Both the position numbers and the translations under genes were made by a program. The notes beneath the pieces are model-generated. The model worked only from the letters and a program-made list of their open reading frames with translations, searched no databases and was not told the DNA's origin. A stretch of 64,000 nucleotides of DNA from Nitrospirota bacterium (GTDB lineage Bacteria > Nitrospirota > UBA9217), in assembly GCA_963737155.1 (NCBI GenBank), contig CAVTRN010000001.1:1152001-1216000 (forward strand), given 5' to 3'. Below, one piece after another: positions 50,421 to 60,982 of this stretch (position 1 is its first letter; every line of letters begins with the position of its first letter).

Positions 50421-51128
50421 ATGCGCATTGACAAAAGGAAAGCAGACGAACTCCGTAAGGTAAAAATCACCAGAAATTACATCCAGGCCGCGGAGGGCTC
50501 GGTGCTGATCGAGATGGGCGACACAAAAGTCATCTGTACTGCCACGATCGAGAACTCCGTTCCGCCGTTCCTCAAAGGGAAGGGCACAGGCTGGGTGACG
50601 GCCGAATATGCCATGTTGCCGCGGTCGTCGGCCCAGCGGATTCAGCGTGAGCGTAACAAGGTTGGCGGCCGGACGCACGAAATTCAGCGTTTGATCGGCC
50701 GCGCACTGCGTTCGGTCGTGGACATGAATGCCCTAGGGGAGCGGACTGTGCTGATCGACTGCGATGTGATACAGGCAGATGGTGGGACGCGCACTGCTTC
50801 GATCACGGGAGCCTATGTCGCGCTTGTGGATGCGCTTCGCTCTGTAAAAAGGCAGAAGCTGATCGAGGTGACACCTGTGAAAGACCATTTGGCAGCGGTA
50901 AGCGTGGGGATCGTCAATGGGAAACCGCTGCTCGATCTGTGTTATGTCGAAGACGCATCGGCAGAGGTGGACATGAACCTGGTCATGACCGGTAGTGGGA
51001 AAATCGTCGAAGTGCAGGGCACGGCTGAAGGTGAGCCGTTCACCAAAGCGGAACTAGGTAAACTTCTCAGCTTGGGGGAAAAAGGGATCAATGCTTTGAT
51101 AAGGAAACAGAAGGAAGTTTTTAAATGA
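50421..51128 (+). CDS. rph: Ribonuclease PH
   Basis: [43 protein letters not shown]. Confidence 0.97.
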   Translation: MRIDKRKADELRKVKITRNYIQAAEGSVLIEMGDTKVICTATIENSVPPFLKGKGTGWVTAEYAMLPRSSAQRIQRERNKVGGRTHEIQRLIGRALRSVVDMNALGERTVLIDCDVIQADGGTRTASITGAYVALVDALRSVKRQKLIEVTPVKDHLAAVSVGIVNGKPLLDLCYVEDASAEVDMNLVMTGSGKIVEVQGTAEGEPFTKAELGKLLSLGEKGINALIRKQKEVFK

Positions 51129-51333
51129 TATCTTTCCTGACGTCTCTTTTTATCGTTTTCCAGACCGAGAGGGGCGGCAAGACCCAGACGCTCGCCATGG
51201 CCTTTGTTTCTCGGTTCCAGTGGTAGACTGTGTTGTTTGGTATATTTGTGTCAACAGCGGCAAACCACTTCTTGCAGTCTCTGCGGGAACGTATCTCTCG
51301 AATGTAGTTCCGCTTATTTATCGAAAGCGAAGA

Positions 51334-51368
51334 AGAAGACCACGAGCGTTAGCTCGTGGATGAATGCG
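51334..51368. repeat. IS200/IS605 end-like palindrome
   Basis: AGAAGA-CCACGAGC-GTTA-GCTCGTGG-ATGAATGC. Confidence 0.55.
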
Positions 51369-51875
51369 TCCATTTTATTTCTCTTTCCATGTCTGTTGAG
51401 TGAGGAGGCAGTGCTTTGGACGTTCAAAAGTGCCACAGGCGTTAGTCCGCTGGTACCGGTGAATAATCACCGTCCCTGTTTCCTTCATTCTGCTCGGATT
51501 CTGGATCTTTCGCTGAGATTCACTTGGTGATGAAGATGAATTATAACCCTTTCTGGACTGTAACAGTAGCCTTCGTTCTTGCCGGGAAGGGTGGCAGATC
51601 CAACTTGCCAGCGCGGCACTCGCGGCTGAATTTAATAGCATCGTTCTCACCTGGGCGGGTACCACGACAGGGATGACGATAGCCGACACCAACGGAAGCA
51701 TCATTACGCATCGGCATCGTTATGTATAAGAGAGATCGGCAAAAAGGTCAAGTGGATTGCGGCTCTTGTTTTCTTCGTCTCCGGCCTGTGGCGATTGTAT
51801 CAATCTCTGTCTTGTACAAATTCACTCCATAGATTCCCCCGATATCAATCATAGAAAACATAGTTCTGTTTTTTC

Positions 51876-51904
51876 TTGACAAAGCTACACCCCCGTTTTA
51901 CAAT
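51876..51904 (+). promoter_or_regulatory. sigma70 promoter
   Basis: TTGACA-17bp-TACAAT. Confidence 0.7.
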
Positions 51905-51940
51905 TAAACACCTGTTTTAAAATAAAAGGAGTTCTCCTAT

Positions 51941-52340
51941 ATACGTAACACTCCAATATCCTTATTATTTATCTTGTTGCCATTCGGACTTATGCTACTT
52001 ATGGTAATTGGGGCAATGGCATATTATCCGGTTATAGATTCAAATCAGTTAAAAGCATGGCTCAACAAGGAACAAGGTAATTCTTGTTGAAGCGAGAACA
52101 TACGAGGAGTATTTTCAGGCTCACCTCCACGGAGCATAAACATTTTTGAGGATAAATCGATGATGAATCGGGCAATAATTCCCAAGGATAAGTGAATACC
52201 GATCTTTTATTGCCGAGGACTTGGCACCAATTAAGCCGCATGGCTGTGGGTTTGGTTGTTGAAATGGGCTGATTTACCAGGCGGACATGCCTGACTGGCT
52301 ATTGCAGGGAATCCGCTATAAAAGGGCGATAGCCCAAACT
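51941..52340 (+). pseudogene. Exported rhodanese-domain protein remnant
   Basis: Signal-like N-terminus, YPVIDSNQLK..VILVEARTYEEYFQAHLHGA..PKDK*..IFYCRG..MPDW across frames. Confidence 0.65.
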
Positions 52341-52379
52341 CGAATAGCAATCACTCTCGAATGGCAGGGGAGCAGAGGA

Positions 52380-53177
52380 ATGAAAAGAGAAAAAGTAAAT
52401 TATACGATTCAGTCCGTTTTGCATGCATTCGATATACTGGAATCATTTACCCGGACAGAGGGCGAACTCGGCGTAACAGAGTTGGCTAAGCGACTCAGCC
52501 TGCATAAGAACAATGTTTTCCGCCTCCTGGCCACGCTCGAACACCGAGGTTACATCGAACAGAATAAAGCAACGGAGAATTACCGCCTCGGCCCCAAAAC
52601 GCTCCAACTCGGCTCGATTTTCATTGAGCAGCGCGAGTGTCGCCGCCAAGCCCGTCCCATTCTTGAAAACCTTGCAGCCGCATCAGGGGAGACTACGGTT
52701 GTTGCGGTCCTGCGCGGAAACAAGGTTATATATATGGACAGCGTAGAAACGGACCGGACCGTCCGCGCCGTGTCACGCATCGGCGCCATTTTCCCCGCCC
52801 ATTGCACGGCTGTAGGAAAGGTACAGCTCGCGCATCTGTCGCTGGCCGATATTGAACAACTATATCCCGAGCAGACCCTTGCGACGCTCACGGAAAAGAG
52901 CATTACGACTCGCGATGTCCTCGCAACAGAACTGAAAAGGATCGCTGAAAAAGGCTACGCTGTCGAAAATGAGGAGGCTGAGGAGGACGTGCGGAGCATC
53001 GCTGTTGCTGTCAGGGACTTTTCGAAAAAAACCGTCGCAGCCATCGGCATTGTGGGCCCGGCCAGTAGGCTGACTGATGCACGGATTGACAAAGGCGGGA
53101 TATTCGGCCTGATTCGCGAGTCAGGAGGGGAGCTTTCGTCGCATCTTGGATTCATCTCACAGCCGATGAAAAAATAG
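52380..53177 (+). CDS. IclR-family transcriptional regulator
   Basis: IQSVLHAFDILE HTH, YRLG, HCTAVGK. Confidence 0.93.
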   Translation: MKREKVNYTIQSVLHAFDILESFTRTEGELGVTELAKRLSLHKNNVFRLLATLEHRGYIEQNKATENYRLGPKTLQLGSIFIEQRECRRQARPILENLAAASGETTVVAVLRGNKVIYMDSVETDRTVRAVSRIGAIFPAHCTAVGKVQLAHLSLADIEQLYPEQTLATLTEKSITTRDVLATELKRIAEKGYAVENEEAEEDVRSIAVAVRDFSKKTVAAIGIVGPASRLTDARIDKGGIFGLIRESGGELSSHLGFISQPMKK

Positions 53178-53268
53178 CGTCTGTTTCTTTTTCTTGGAAG
53201 CTGGATAAAGGGCTGAGGATGCAGTAGTTTATTGACACCGAAGTTTCCGCTATGTTATTATCGCCAAG

Positions 53269-54096
53269 ATGGTGATTGAACGAAAATGGGATCATCTCAA
53301 GACGCTGCTCCATGACATGCAGACGGCGGTGCTTGCATATTCTGGCGGTGTGGACAGCTCGCTCCTGCTCAAGGCCGCAAGTGAAGTTATGGGCAGCCGT
53401 CTGATCGCAGTTACCGCCGTTTCTAAGACCTATCCAGCCGGTGAACTCTCTGCTGCGGAGGAATTCGCACTTTCTCTGTGCGTAAGACACCGGGTTCTTC
53501 ACACCGAGGAACTGAACTCCGAGTCTTTTGTCCGCAATAATTCGGATCGGTGCTACCACTGCAAAAAGGAACTCTTTGAAAAGCTCAGGCAGATAGCCGC
53601 GTCCGAAGGTATTACCACTGTTATTGAGGGATCGAACACAGATGATCTCGGGGATTATCGTCCGGGCAGAAAAGCTGCGCAGGAATTCTCCGTTCGCAGC
53701 CCCCTCGTGGAGGCGGGTATCACGAAAACGGAAGTCCGCGAACTGGCTCGCTTCCTGCACCTGACAGTGTGGGACAAACCATCTCTTGCCTGCCTCTCCT
53801 CACGCATTCCCTATGGAATGAGGATTACACCCGATATACTGGCGACAATCCAGTCCGCCGAGGATCAGCTGCGTGTGCTCGGATTCAGGCAAATGCGTGT
53901 GCGGCATCACGGAGAAACGGCGAGAATAGAGATCTCGCGCACCGATTTCGGTCGGCTTCTGATCGATAAGACTGCTGCACAGATTACCACGGCTCTCAAA
54001 AAACTGGGATATACCTATGTTTGTCTGGATCTTGAGGGGTATCGGACGGGAAGTATGAATGAAGGGATTAAAAAGGCAGTGAAGAACAGTCGGTAA
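53269..54096 (+). CDS. larE: ATP-dependent sacrificial sulfur transferase LarE
   Basis: AYSGGVDS PP-loop, RCYHCK, DYRPG, ACLSSR. Confidence 0.92.
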   Translation: MVIERKWDHLKTLLHDMQTAVLAYSGGVDSSLLLKAASEVMGSRLIAVTAVSKTYPAGELSAAEEFALSLCVRHRVLHTEELNSESFVRNNSDRCYHCKKELFEKLRQIAASEGITTVIEGSNTDDLGDYRPGRKAAQEFSVRSPLVEAGITKTEVRELARFLHLTVWDKPSLACLSSRIPYGMRITPDILATIQSAEDQLRVLGFRQMRVRHHGETARIEISRTDFGRLLIDKTAAQITTALKKLGYTYVCLDLEGYRTGSMNEGIKKAVKNSR

Positions 54097-54221
54097 ACCG
54101 GCGGGAAATAAATGGCTTGAGAGAGTAGGCCTTATACTTTCGACAGTATACGGGGGACAGAGTTCAAAATGCTGCTTTCTCAACGCTCCAAGTTGTCCAT
54201 TGCTTCTTCGAGGGGGGATAA

Positions 54222-55499
54222 ATGAAGGTATTGGTAGTCGGCAGCGGTGGCAGGGAGCATGCGCTCGCTTGGAAAATATCGCAGAGTCCGAAGGTCACGG
54301 CTATTTATGCTGCTCCGGGCAATGCGGGCATGGCGCAGCTCGCGGAATGTATAGCGATCAAGGCCGATGACATTCATGGACTGCTGGCTTTTGCAAAGTC
54401 AAAAGCCGTTGATTTGACTATCGTTGGTCCCGAGGGACCGCTCTCGATGGGCATCGTGGATGAATTCGAGAAGGCTGGTCTTCGCATCTTCGGTCCGAGT
54501 AGGCAGGCGGCCGAAATCGAAGCGAGCAAGCGTTTTTCTAAGGACTTGATGAAGAAATACAACATCCCTTCAGCTGAGTATGGCGTATTCATCGATAAGA
54601 CCGCGGCGGAGGCCTATATATATGAGAAGGGCGCACCAATCGTGGTGAAGGCGGACGGCTTGGCAGCTGGCAAGGGAGTGGTTGTCGCTGAAACGGTTGA
54701 CGAGGCGCTCCAGGCCTTGCACCTGATCATGGTTGCCAAAGTCTTCGGCAAAGCCGGTGACCGCGTCGTGATTGAAGAATGCCTTAAGGGGGAGGAAGCT
54801 TCGTTCATGGCCTTCTCTGATGGCAAGACCGTTGTGCCCATGGTGTCTTCGCAGGACCACAAGCGCGTGTTCGATGCGGACAAGGGGCCGAACACGGGAG
54901 GCATGGGCGCTTATTCACCTGCGCCGGTCGTTACGAAAAAGCTGGAGCGGAAGATCATGGATGCGATCATGATTCCCACGGTGCGGGCCATGGAAAAAGA
55001 AGGGCACATGTTCAAGGGCGTGCTCTACGCTGGGCTCATGATCAACGGTAGCGAAGCCAAGGTACTAGAGTTCAACGCCCGGTTCGGAGATCCCGAGACG
55101 CAGCCGATCATGGCCCGACTTGACACGGATCTCATCGAGATCATCGAAGCCGTTCTCGACGGTTCTCTGGCGAAGATCGACATCAAATGGAAGCCTGAAT
55201 CGGCTGTATGCGTGGTGATGGCCTCGGGCGGCTACCCTGGGAACTATGAGAAGGGCAGGGTAATATCCGGCCTCGGGATTGCCGCACAGCAAAAGGGCGT
55301 CGTAGTCTTCCACGCCGGCACCGCGCTGAAAAACGGGGTTGTTGTGACAGACGGTGGTAGGGTGCTTGGAGTAACGGCCCTCGGCCCCGTTGTTGCGGCG
55401 GCCATCGATAATGCTTACGCAGGTGTGCGGGCAATTTCCTTTGAAGGCATGCACTATCGCAGGGATATTGGCGCGCGGGTTCTCGAGACGGGAAATTGA
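54222..55499 (+). CDS. purD: Phosphoribosylamine--glycine ligase
   Basis: GSGGREHA, KADGLAAGKGV, GPNTGGMGAY. Confidence 0.97.
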   Translation: MKVLVVGSGGREHALAWKISQSPKVTAIYAAPGNAGMAQLAECIAIKADDIHGLLAFAKSKAVDLTIVGPEGPLSMGIVDEFEKAGLRIFGPSRQAAEIEASKRFSKDLMKKYNIPSAEYGVFIDKTAAEAYIYEKGAPIVVKADGLAAGKGVVVAETVDEALQALHLIMVAKVFGKAGDRVVIEECLKGEEASFMAFSDGKTVVPMVSSQDHKRVFDADKGPNTGGMGAYSPAPVVTKKLERKIMDAIMIPTVRAMEKEGHMFKGVLYAGLMINGSEAKVLEFNARFGDPETQPIMARLDTDLIEIIEAVLDGSLAKIDIKWKPESAVCVVMASGGYPGNYEKGRVISGLGIAAQQKGVVVFHAGTALKNGVVVTDGGRVLGVTALGPVVAAAIDNAYAGVRAISFEGMHYRRDIGARVLETGN

Positions 55500-55615
55500 A
55501 AAGAGTCCCAGGTTTTTGCTTCTTTTTTAAAAGCTTAAGAAGCGAGTAGTTACGATTAATCTGTTATTTTGTCTGCCCCGTCGCGGCGGCATACTTCATG
55601 ATGACATTTTGCCCA

Positions 55616-56380
55616 ATGCAAAAACCGACAATAAAGAACATTACGGTGTTTTTGAACAAAACACTGAGGGTCGGGAAAATCAAAGACGCTTCAAAAAACG
55701 GGTTGCAGGTGCAGTCCCGTAAGAGTGGCGAAATAGGGACAGTCGGCTTTGCCGTGGATGCATGCATCACCACTTTTGAAAGGGCACGGGAGCTTGGCGT
55801 CGATCTCCTTGTCGTTCATCATGGAATCAAGTGGGTTCCTCAGAAGGACCGAAGGCTGGTGATGCTGAGAGAAACTTGCCTGAAAAAGAACAAGATGGCC
55901 CTCTACGCCGCCCATCTTCCTCTTGATCTGCATGAGGAATATGGGAACAATATGCAGCTGGCCCGGATTCTCGGCCTCGGTCGGCTAAACAAGTTTGGCA
56001 GGTACCACGGCATCAAAATCGGCTATGCCGGAAAGTTCGTATCGGTGGTGAAACTGGCCGACGTTGCGGCGCAGGTCGGGAAACAACTGCGATCGACATG
56101 CTTTGTTCTTCCTTTCGGGAAAGAGAGGATCAGGTCAATCGGCATCGTCTCGGGCGGCGGAGGCAGCATGCTGCCTGATGCCATCCGGGAAAAGCTCGAT
56201 TGTTTTCTGGTAGGCGAGGTGGATTTGGCTGTGTACAACGCGGCAAAGGACCAGCGGATCAACGTTATCGCCGCCGGCCACTATGCGACGGAGACTGTAG
56301 GGGTGAAAGCTCTGGCGCCTCTGATAAAAGAAGTATTCGGCGTTAAAACAGTTTTTATTGAAGATACAAAGGATTTGTGA
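55616..56380 (+). CDS. Nif3-like dinuclear metal-centre protein
   Basis: NGLQV, VHHG, HLPLD, AGHYATE. Confidence 0.93.
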   Translation: MQKPTIKNITVFLNKTLRVGKIKDASKNGLQVQSRKSGEIGTVGFAVDACITTFERARELGVDLLVVHHGIKWVPQKDRRLVMLRETCLKKNKMALYAAHLPLDLHEEYGNNMQLARILGLGRLNKFGRYHGIKIGYAGKFVSVVKLADVAAQVGKQLRSTCFVLPFGKERIRSIGIVSGGGGSMLPDAIREKLDCFLVGEVDLAVYNAAKDQRINVIAAGHYATETVGVKALAPLIKEVFGVKTVFIEDTKDL

Positions 56381-56426
56381 CGATAACCTATTTATAGTTT
56401 ATTAACTTTTCAAGAAAGGAGTTTTC

Positions 56427-57047
56427 ATGAGCAAACCAGTTGTTGGAATTCTGATGGGAAGCGATTCCGATCTGCCGGTGATGCAGGAAGCCGCGGCCAT
56501 GCTTCAGGAATTCGGGATCGATTACGAAATGACCATCGCCTCAGCCCACCGGACGCCAAAAAAGGTTCTTGAATACGGCTCGACCGCAGAAAAGCGCGGG
56601 ATCAAGGTTATCATTGCGGGAGCGGGATGGGCCGCCCACCTGGCGGGCGTGGTCGCATCCCAAACCACGCTGCCAGTGATTGGTGTGCCGATTGATTCGT
56701 CCCCTCTCAAGGGACTTGACGCGCTCCTAGCCACGGTGCAGATGCCCGGAGGCGTTCCGGTGGCCACTATGTCGCTCGGCAAGGCTGGTGCGAAGAATGC
56801 AGGAATTTTTGCGGCTCAGATCATCGCGGCCTCGGACGTGAAAATTGCAAACCGACTTAAAGTTTACCGCGTGGAGATGGAACGGGAGGTTGAGGAAAAG
56901 GCAAAGCGTCTTGCTGTGATGAGTTCGGTGCCGGCTGCTACGGAGCCGATTGCAGTTGGAGCGCCCCCGGCCAAGAAAAAATCGCGGCGCAGGCGGTGGA
57001 AGAAAAAACCGGGCGGCGCCGCTCCTGCAGAGGGCCCAGCGGCATGA
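56427..57047 (+). CDS. purE: N5-CAIR mutase with C-terminal extension
   Basis: MGSDSD, SAHRTP, AAHLAG, QMPGGVPVAT. Confidence 0.96.
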   Translation: MSKPVVGILMGSDSDLPVMQEAAAMLQEFGIDYEMTIASAHRTPKKVLEYGSTAEKRGIKVIIAGAGWAAHLAGVVASQTTLPVIGVPIDSSPLKGLDALLATVQMPGGVPVATMSLGKAGAKNAGIFAAQIIAASDVKIANRLKVYRVEMEREVEEKAKRLAVMSSVPAATEPIAVGAPPAKKKSRRRRWKKKPGGAAPAEGPAA

Positions 57048-57901
57048 AGACGGAACTCGCGTGCCTGCCTTGCTTCTTTAGCCAGGTCTCGCGCACGCTC
57101 GAGTATGCTGGCGTGAACGGAGAGCGGGGTCTGGGCATCAGGCAACGGGCGGAAGCGATCATCGCGGCGTCATCGCTCGACGACGTGCCTGCCCGTACCA
57201 CGACCATTATTCACCGAATGCTACGCGAGGAAACCGGTGTCGATCCTTATCGTTCCGTGAAGGAAGCCTATAACCGTATTGCGCTCGAAAGGCTGACGGC
57301 TTTGCGCCGAATGGCGGCTGCCTGCAGCGATCGTCTCGAAGGTAGTGTCCGAATCGCAATCGCAGGGAATGTGATCGATTTTGGCATCTATGAATCAATA
57401 GACCTGGACCGTTCGATTGAGGAGTCGTTCCAGTTGCCCCTCACTTCCTCATCGTACAGCGTTTTTGCTGGGAAAGTTGCCGCAGCGCGACGCATCCTCT
57501 ATCTTTGCGACAATGCCGGAGAGATTGTATTCGACCGGGTGTTGCTAGAAACCCTTCGGGACATGGGCAAGGACGTGACCGCCGCGGTTAAAGGTTCGCC
57601 GGTCATCAATGATGCCACATTTGAGGATGCTCATGCCGCCCGGCTTCAGGACAGTGCAAGAGTGATTGACAACGGCAGCGATGGCATCGGCACATTGCTG
57701 GAGACCTGTTCGAAAGACTTCCTTGATCTGTACCACAGCGCGGACTTGGTCATCAGCAAGGGCCAGGCGAACTACGAAACACTGACTCTGGAAAAGGACA
57801 AGCGGATCTTTTTCCTATTTAAAGTTAAGTGTTCGGTCGTTGCATCGTTCCTGCAGAAGCCCGATGGAGACATCGTACTGACGGGCGGGAATGATGTATA
57901 G
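57044..57901 (+). CDS. DUF89/ARMT1-like damage-control phosphatase
   Basis: CLPC, AGNVID, DNAGE, NDAT, KGQANYE. Confidence 0.9.
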   Translation: MKTELACLPCFFSQVSRTLEYAGVNGERGLGIRQRAEAIIAASSLDDVPARTTTIIHRMLREETGVDPYRSVKEAYNRIALERLTALRRMAAACSDRLEGSVRIAIAGNVIDFGIYESIDLDRSIEESFQLPLTSSSYSVFAGKVAAARRILYLCDNAGEIVFDRVLLETLRDMGKDVTAAVKGSPVINDATFEDAHAARLQDSARVIDNGSDGIGTLLETCSKDFLDLYHSADLVISKGQANYETLTLEKDKRIFFLFKVKCSVVASFLQKPDGDIVLTGGNDV

Positions 57902-58556
57902 TTTGAACCCTGAAGCCGATGAGCAGGTGATGAAGAAGGCGGAGACCGTTAAAATTGATTCGGCCCGTCCTGAACTGGCCTTTTCCCGGTGCAGGGACGT
58001 TCTCGCTTCGGGCGGTGTAATAGTGTATCCCACGGATACTTATTACGGTCTCGGCGCTGACCCGCGGAACCTCCGCGCCGTAAGGAAGCTTTTCGAGATC
58101 AAAAACAGGCCCGCAGGCCAGCCCATATTACTGCTAATTGCCGATCTGGCGGATGTGAAGGAGTGGGTGGACGTTATCCCGTTCCGGGCAGCGGACCTCA
58201 TGGAACGGCACTGGCCGGGGCCGCTTACGCTTATATTCATGGCCAAAGCGGAGGTGCTTCCCGAGCTTACCGGGGGCACGGGTGCCATTGGGCTGCGGGT
58301 ACCGGGCAGCGAGATCACCCGAGGACTGCTCCGGAGCCTCGGCTGCGCCCTGACCGGCACGAGCGCCAACCGTTCCGGACGGCCGAGCATCCGCACGGCT
58401 GCGGAAGCTGAAGCGACGATCGGCGACCGGGTTGACTTGATTCTCGATGGAGGAGAAACCACGGGAGGAAAACCGTCGACGGTTGTCGACGTTTCCGGCG
58501 ATGTTCTGAGGGTGCTCCGTGAAGGAGCTGTTCCTGTGCGGGATATCACTGGTTGA
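57891..58556 (+). CDS. tsaC: L-threonylcarbamoyladenylate synthase (Sua5/YrdC)
   Basis: YPTDTYYGL, WPGPLT, TSANRSG, PSTVVD. Confidence 0.93.
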   Translation: MMYSLNPEADEQVMKKAETVKIDSARPELAFSRCRDVLASGGVIVYPTDTYYGLGADPRNLRAVRKLFEIKNRPAGQPILLLIADLADVKEWVDVIPFRAADLMERHWPGPLTLIFMAKAEVLPELTGGTGAIGLRVPGSEITRGLLRSLGCALTGTSANRSGRPSIRTAAEAEATIGDRVDLILDGGETTGGKPSTVVDVSGDVLRVLREGAVPVRDITG

Positions 58557-58589
58557 ATAAAATTCTTTTTGCATGATGAAGGGTTTCCG

Positions 58590-59909
58590 ATGAAAAAAAA
58601 ATTTGTAGTCGACACCAATGTGCTGCTTCACGATCCGAAGGCGATTTTCTCGTTCGAGGACAATGACGTCATAATCCCGATCGTCGTGATTGAGGAACTG
58701 GACAAATTCAAAAAAGGCATTGATGAAATCGGCAGGAACGCACGCCAGGTTTCCCGGATCCTCGACGATCTTCGCCAGAAAGGCAAGCTGTCGCAGGGCG
58801 TGCAGCTTGAGGGTGGCGGAAGCCTGTGTGTGGAACTCAACCATCAGTCCACGGAACACCTGCCCAAGGAACTGGTCGCAGAAAAAGCGGACAACCGGAT
58901 ACTGTCCACGGCGCTTAACCTGAAGCACGAAAATCTTCCTGTCGTCCTGGTGACGAAAGACACGAACCTTCGCATCAAGGCCGACGCCTTGGGACTCCGA
59001 GCTGAGGATTACGAATCGGACACCATTACGCTCGACGAACTCTACTCCGGAGAGACCGAACTCATGGTCGATCCTGGGGCGATCGAAGAATTCTATGCAA
59101 AGGGCGAGTTCTCGCCCTCCGGAGAGCCGAAACCCTTTTCCAACCAGTTCGTCCTGCTCAAGAACAGCGCCAATCCTTCCCAGACTGCGCTCGCTCGGTA
59201 TAATCAGCAGAAACAGGCCCTGATGCCGCTCATAAACACCAAGCACGGTGTGTGGGGCATCAATGCAAGAAACAAACAGCAGCAGTTCGCCCTCGATCTT
59301 CTCCTGAATGATGATATCCGTCTTGTGACGCTCGTGGGCAAGGCCGGCACGGGCAAGACCCTCCTGGCCCTCGCCGCGGGCCTGGAGAAAACCATCGAGG
59401 CTAGGACTTTCCAGCGGCTGGTCGTTTCGCGCCCTGTGTTCCCACTTGGCAAGGACATTGGGTTCCTGCCCGGGGACATCGAGGAGAAGCTCCGACCCTG
59501 GATGCAGCCAATCCGTGATAATCTCGACTTTTTGATGGGCGCCTCGGCCGTTGCGGGTCGGGTCAAGGGCAAAAAGGACCTCCAGAGTCTATTTGACCTT
59601 GGCATGATCGAGGTGGAGCCGCTGACCTACATCCGCGGCCGGAGCATGCCGAACCAGTATCTCATTGTAGATGAGGCGCAGAACCTCACTCCCCATGAAC
59701 TCAAGACAATTATCACGCGGGCCGGTGAGGGGACCAAAATCGTGCTGACGGGCGATCCGTACCAGATAGACAATCCCTATATCGATTCGTCGAGCAATGG
59801 TCTTACCTTTGTGGTTGAGCGGTTCAAGGAGGAACCTATTGCCGGGCATATCACCCTCGTAAAGGGCGAGCGTTCCGATCTCGCCGAACTCGCGGCAACT
59901 CTTTTATAA
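58590..59909 (+). CDS. PIN-PhoH (PhoH2) ATPase
   Basis: VDTNVLLHD PIN domain; GKAGTGKT; YIRGRS; DEAQN; GDPYQID. Confidence 0.93.
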   Translation: MKKKFVVDTNVLLHDPKAIFSFEDNDVIIPIVVIEELDKFKKGIDEIGRNARQVSRILDDLRQKGKLSQGVQLEGGGSLCVELNHQSTEHLPKELVAEKADNRILSTALNLKHENLPVVLVTKDTNLRIKADALGLRAEDYESDTITLDELYSGETELMVDPGAIEEFYAKGEFSPSGEPKPFSNQFVLLKNSANPSQTALARYNQQKQALMPLINTKHGVWGINARNKQQQFALDLLLNDDIRLVTLVGKAGTGKTLLALAAGLEKTIEARTFQRLVVSRPVFPLGKDIGFLPGDIEEKLRPWMQPIRDNLDFLMGASAVAGRVKGKKDLQSLFDLGMIEVEPLTYIRGRSMPNQYLIVDEAQNLTPHELKTIITRAGEGTKIVLTGDPYQIDNPYIDSSSNGLTFVVERFKEEPIAGHITLVKGERSDLAELAATLL

Positions 59910-59979
59910 AATTACAGTCCAGAGCTCGAAACACTGAACGGTGAACTCTGATCTATGGTAAAAAACTAGGTAATAGGCA

Positions 59980-60879
59980 ATGCAAAAACATAAACAATCA
60001 TACAATACAATTTTTTTAATCATCAGTATTCTGGCAATGCTCTTTGTCCTTACCGAGATCGTCATGAAGTTCTTCGGTAAAAGTATATGTGGTACCGAGG
60101 GATGTAAAATGACGGCCCAGTCCGCTCGGTTCGGGGATATTTCCATATTCTTCATCGGTTTCTGCACGTTTTTCTCCCTGGCTGGCCTTACGATCCTGAA
60201 TCGGCACCTTCGGAAACCCCGTATCGATCGGCTCATCAATCTCATTCTGGTAGTCGCCCTGGCGGGCGAAGGTTTCTTCATGGGTTATCTGGCATTCCGG
60301 ATTCATATGGTTTGTTTGTTCTGCGTCACGATTTTTATTTTTATGGTCACCCTCGGCACTTTAAGGCTTCTCGCTGGTGAAACGGATATACTTGCTGGAT
60401 TCGGCGTCCTTGCGGCGGTTTTCATTATCCAGTATCTTGTGTTGCCCGCCGGAGTGCCCGTTAATCTACCCTTGAATGAACGGCTTATCCTGTTTTATAG
60501 TAAGGATTGCAAGCATTGCGCCGAGGTCATCAAGGAATTGGACGAGAAAAAAATACAGGTCGTCCATCTGCAGGTGGGCGAGTATGCGGTCTTCCTGAAA
60601 AACATGGGCATCGAGAGCATTCCCACACTTATGGTGAATGAACCCTATCAAAAAATATTTCTCACTGGGGAAGAGGCGATCAAAAGCTACTTGCTTGCAT
60701 GTACGAATCCAAAGGCGACCGGGGTTACAACGCCGCGAAAAGCAAAAGCGCTGGGCAAATACGTTGCCCCAGACAAGAACATGACAATCGACCTCTTCAG
60801 TCAACCGGGTCTTCTGACGTTGCCGAGTCAATCAACAGCAGATAAAGGCATGTGCAAGGAAGAAGAAGTCTGCAAATAA
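59980..60879 (+). CDS. VKOR-family membrane protein fused to a thioredoxin/glutaredoxin-like domain
   Basis: CGTEGC loop, CLFC in TM, CKHC in C-terminal domain. Confidence 0.75.
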   Translation: MQKHKQSYNTIFLIISILAMLFVLTEIVMKFFGKSICGTEGCKMTAQSARFGDISIFFIGFCTFFSLAGLTILNRHLRKPRIDRLINLILVVALAGEGFFMGYLAFRIHMVCLFCVTIFIFMVTLGTLRLLAGETDILAGFGVLAAVFIIQYLVLPAGVPVNLPLNERLILFYSKDCKHCAEVIKELDEKKIQVVHLQVGEYAVFLKNMGIESIPTLMVNEPYQKIFLTGEEAIKSYLLACTNPKATGVTTPRKAKALGKYVAPDKNMTIDLFSQPGLLTLPSQSTADKGMCKEEEVCK

Positions 60880-60982
60880 CAAGCCTCCCGTTTTGATTTC
60901 CCGCATCGGGACCGGCATGTGCCTGCCCAGCTTGCATTTCTCTGTGGAAAAAAAATCGTGCTCTGTGGTAATATAGGCGTCC

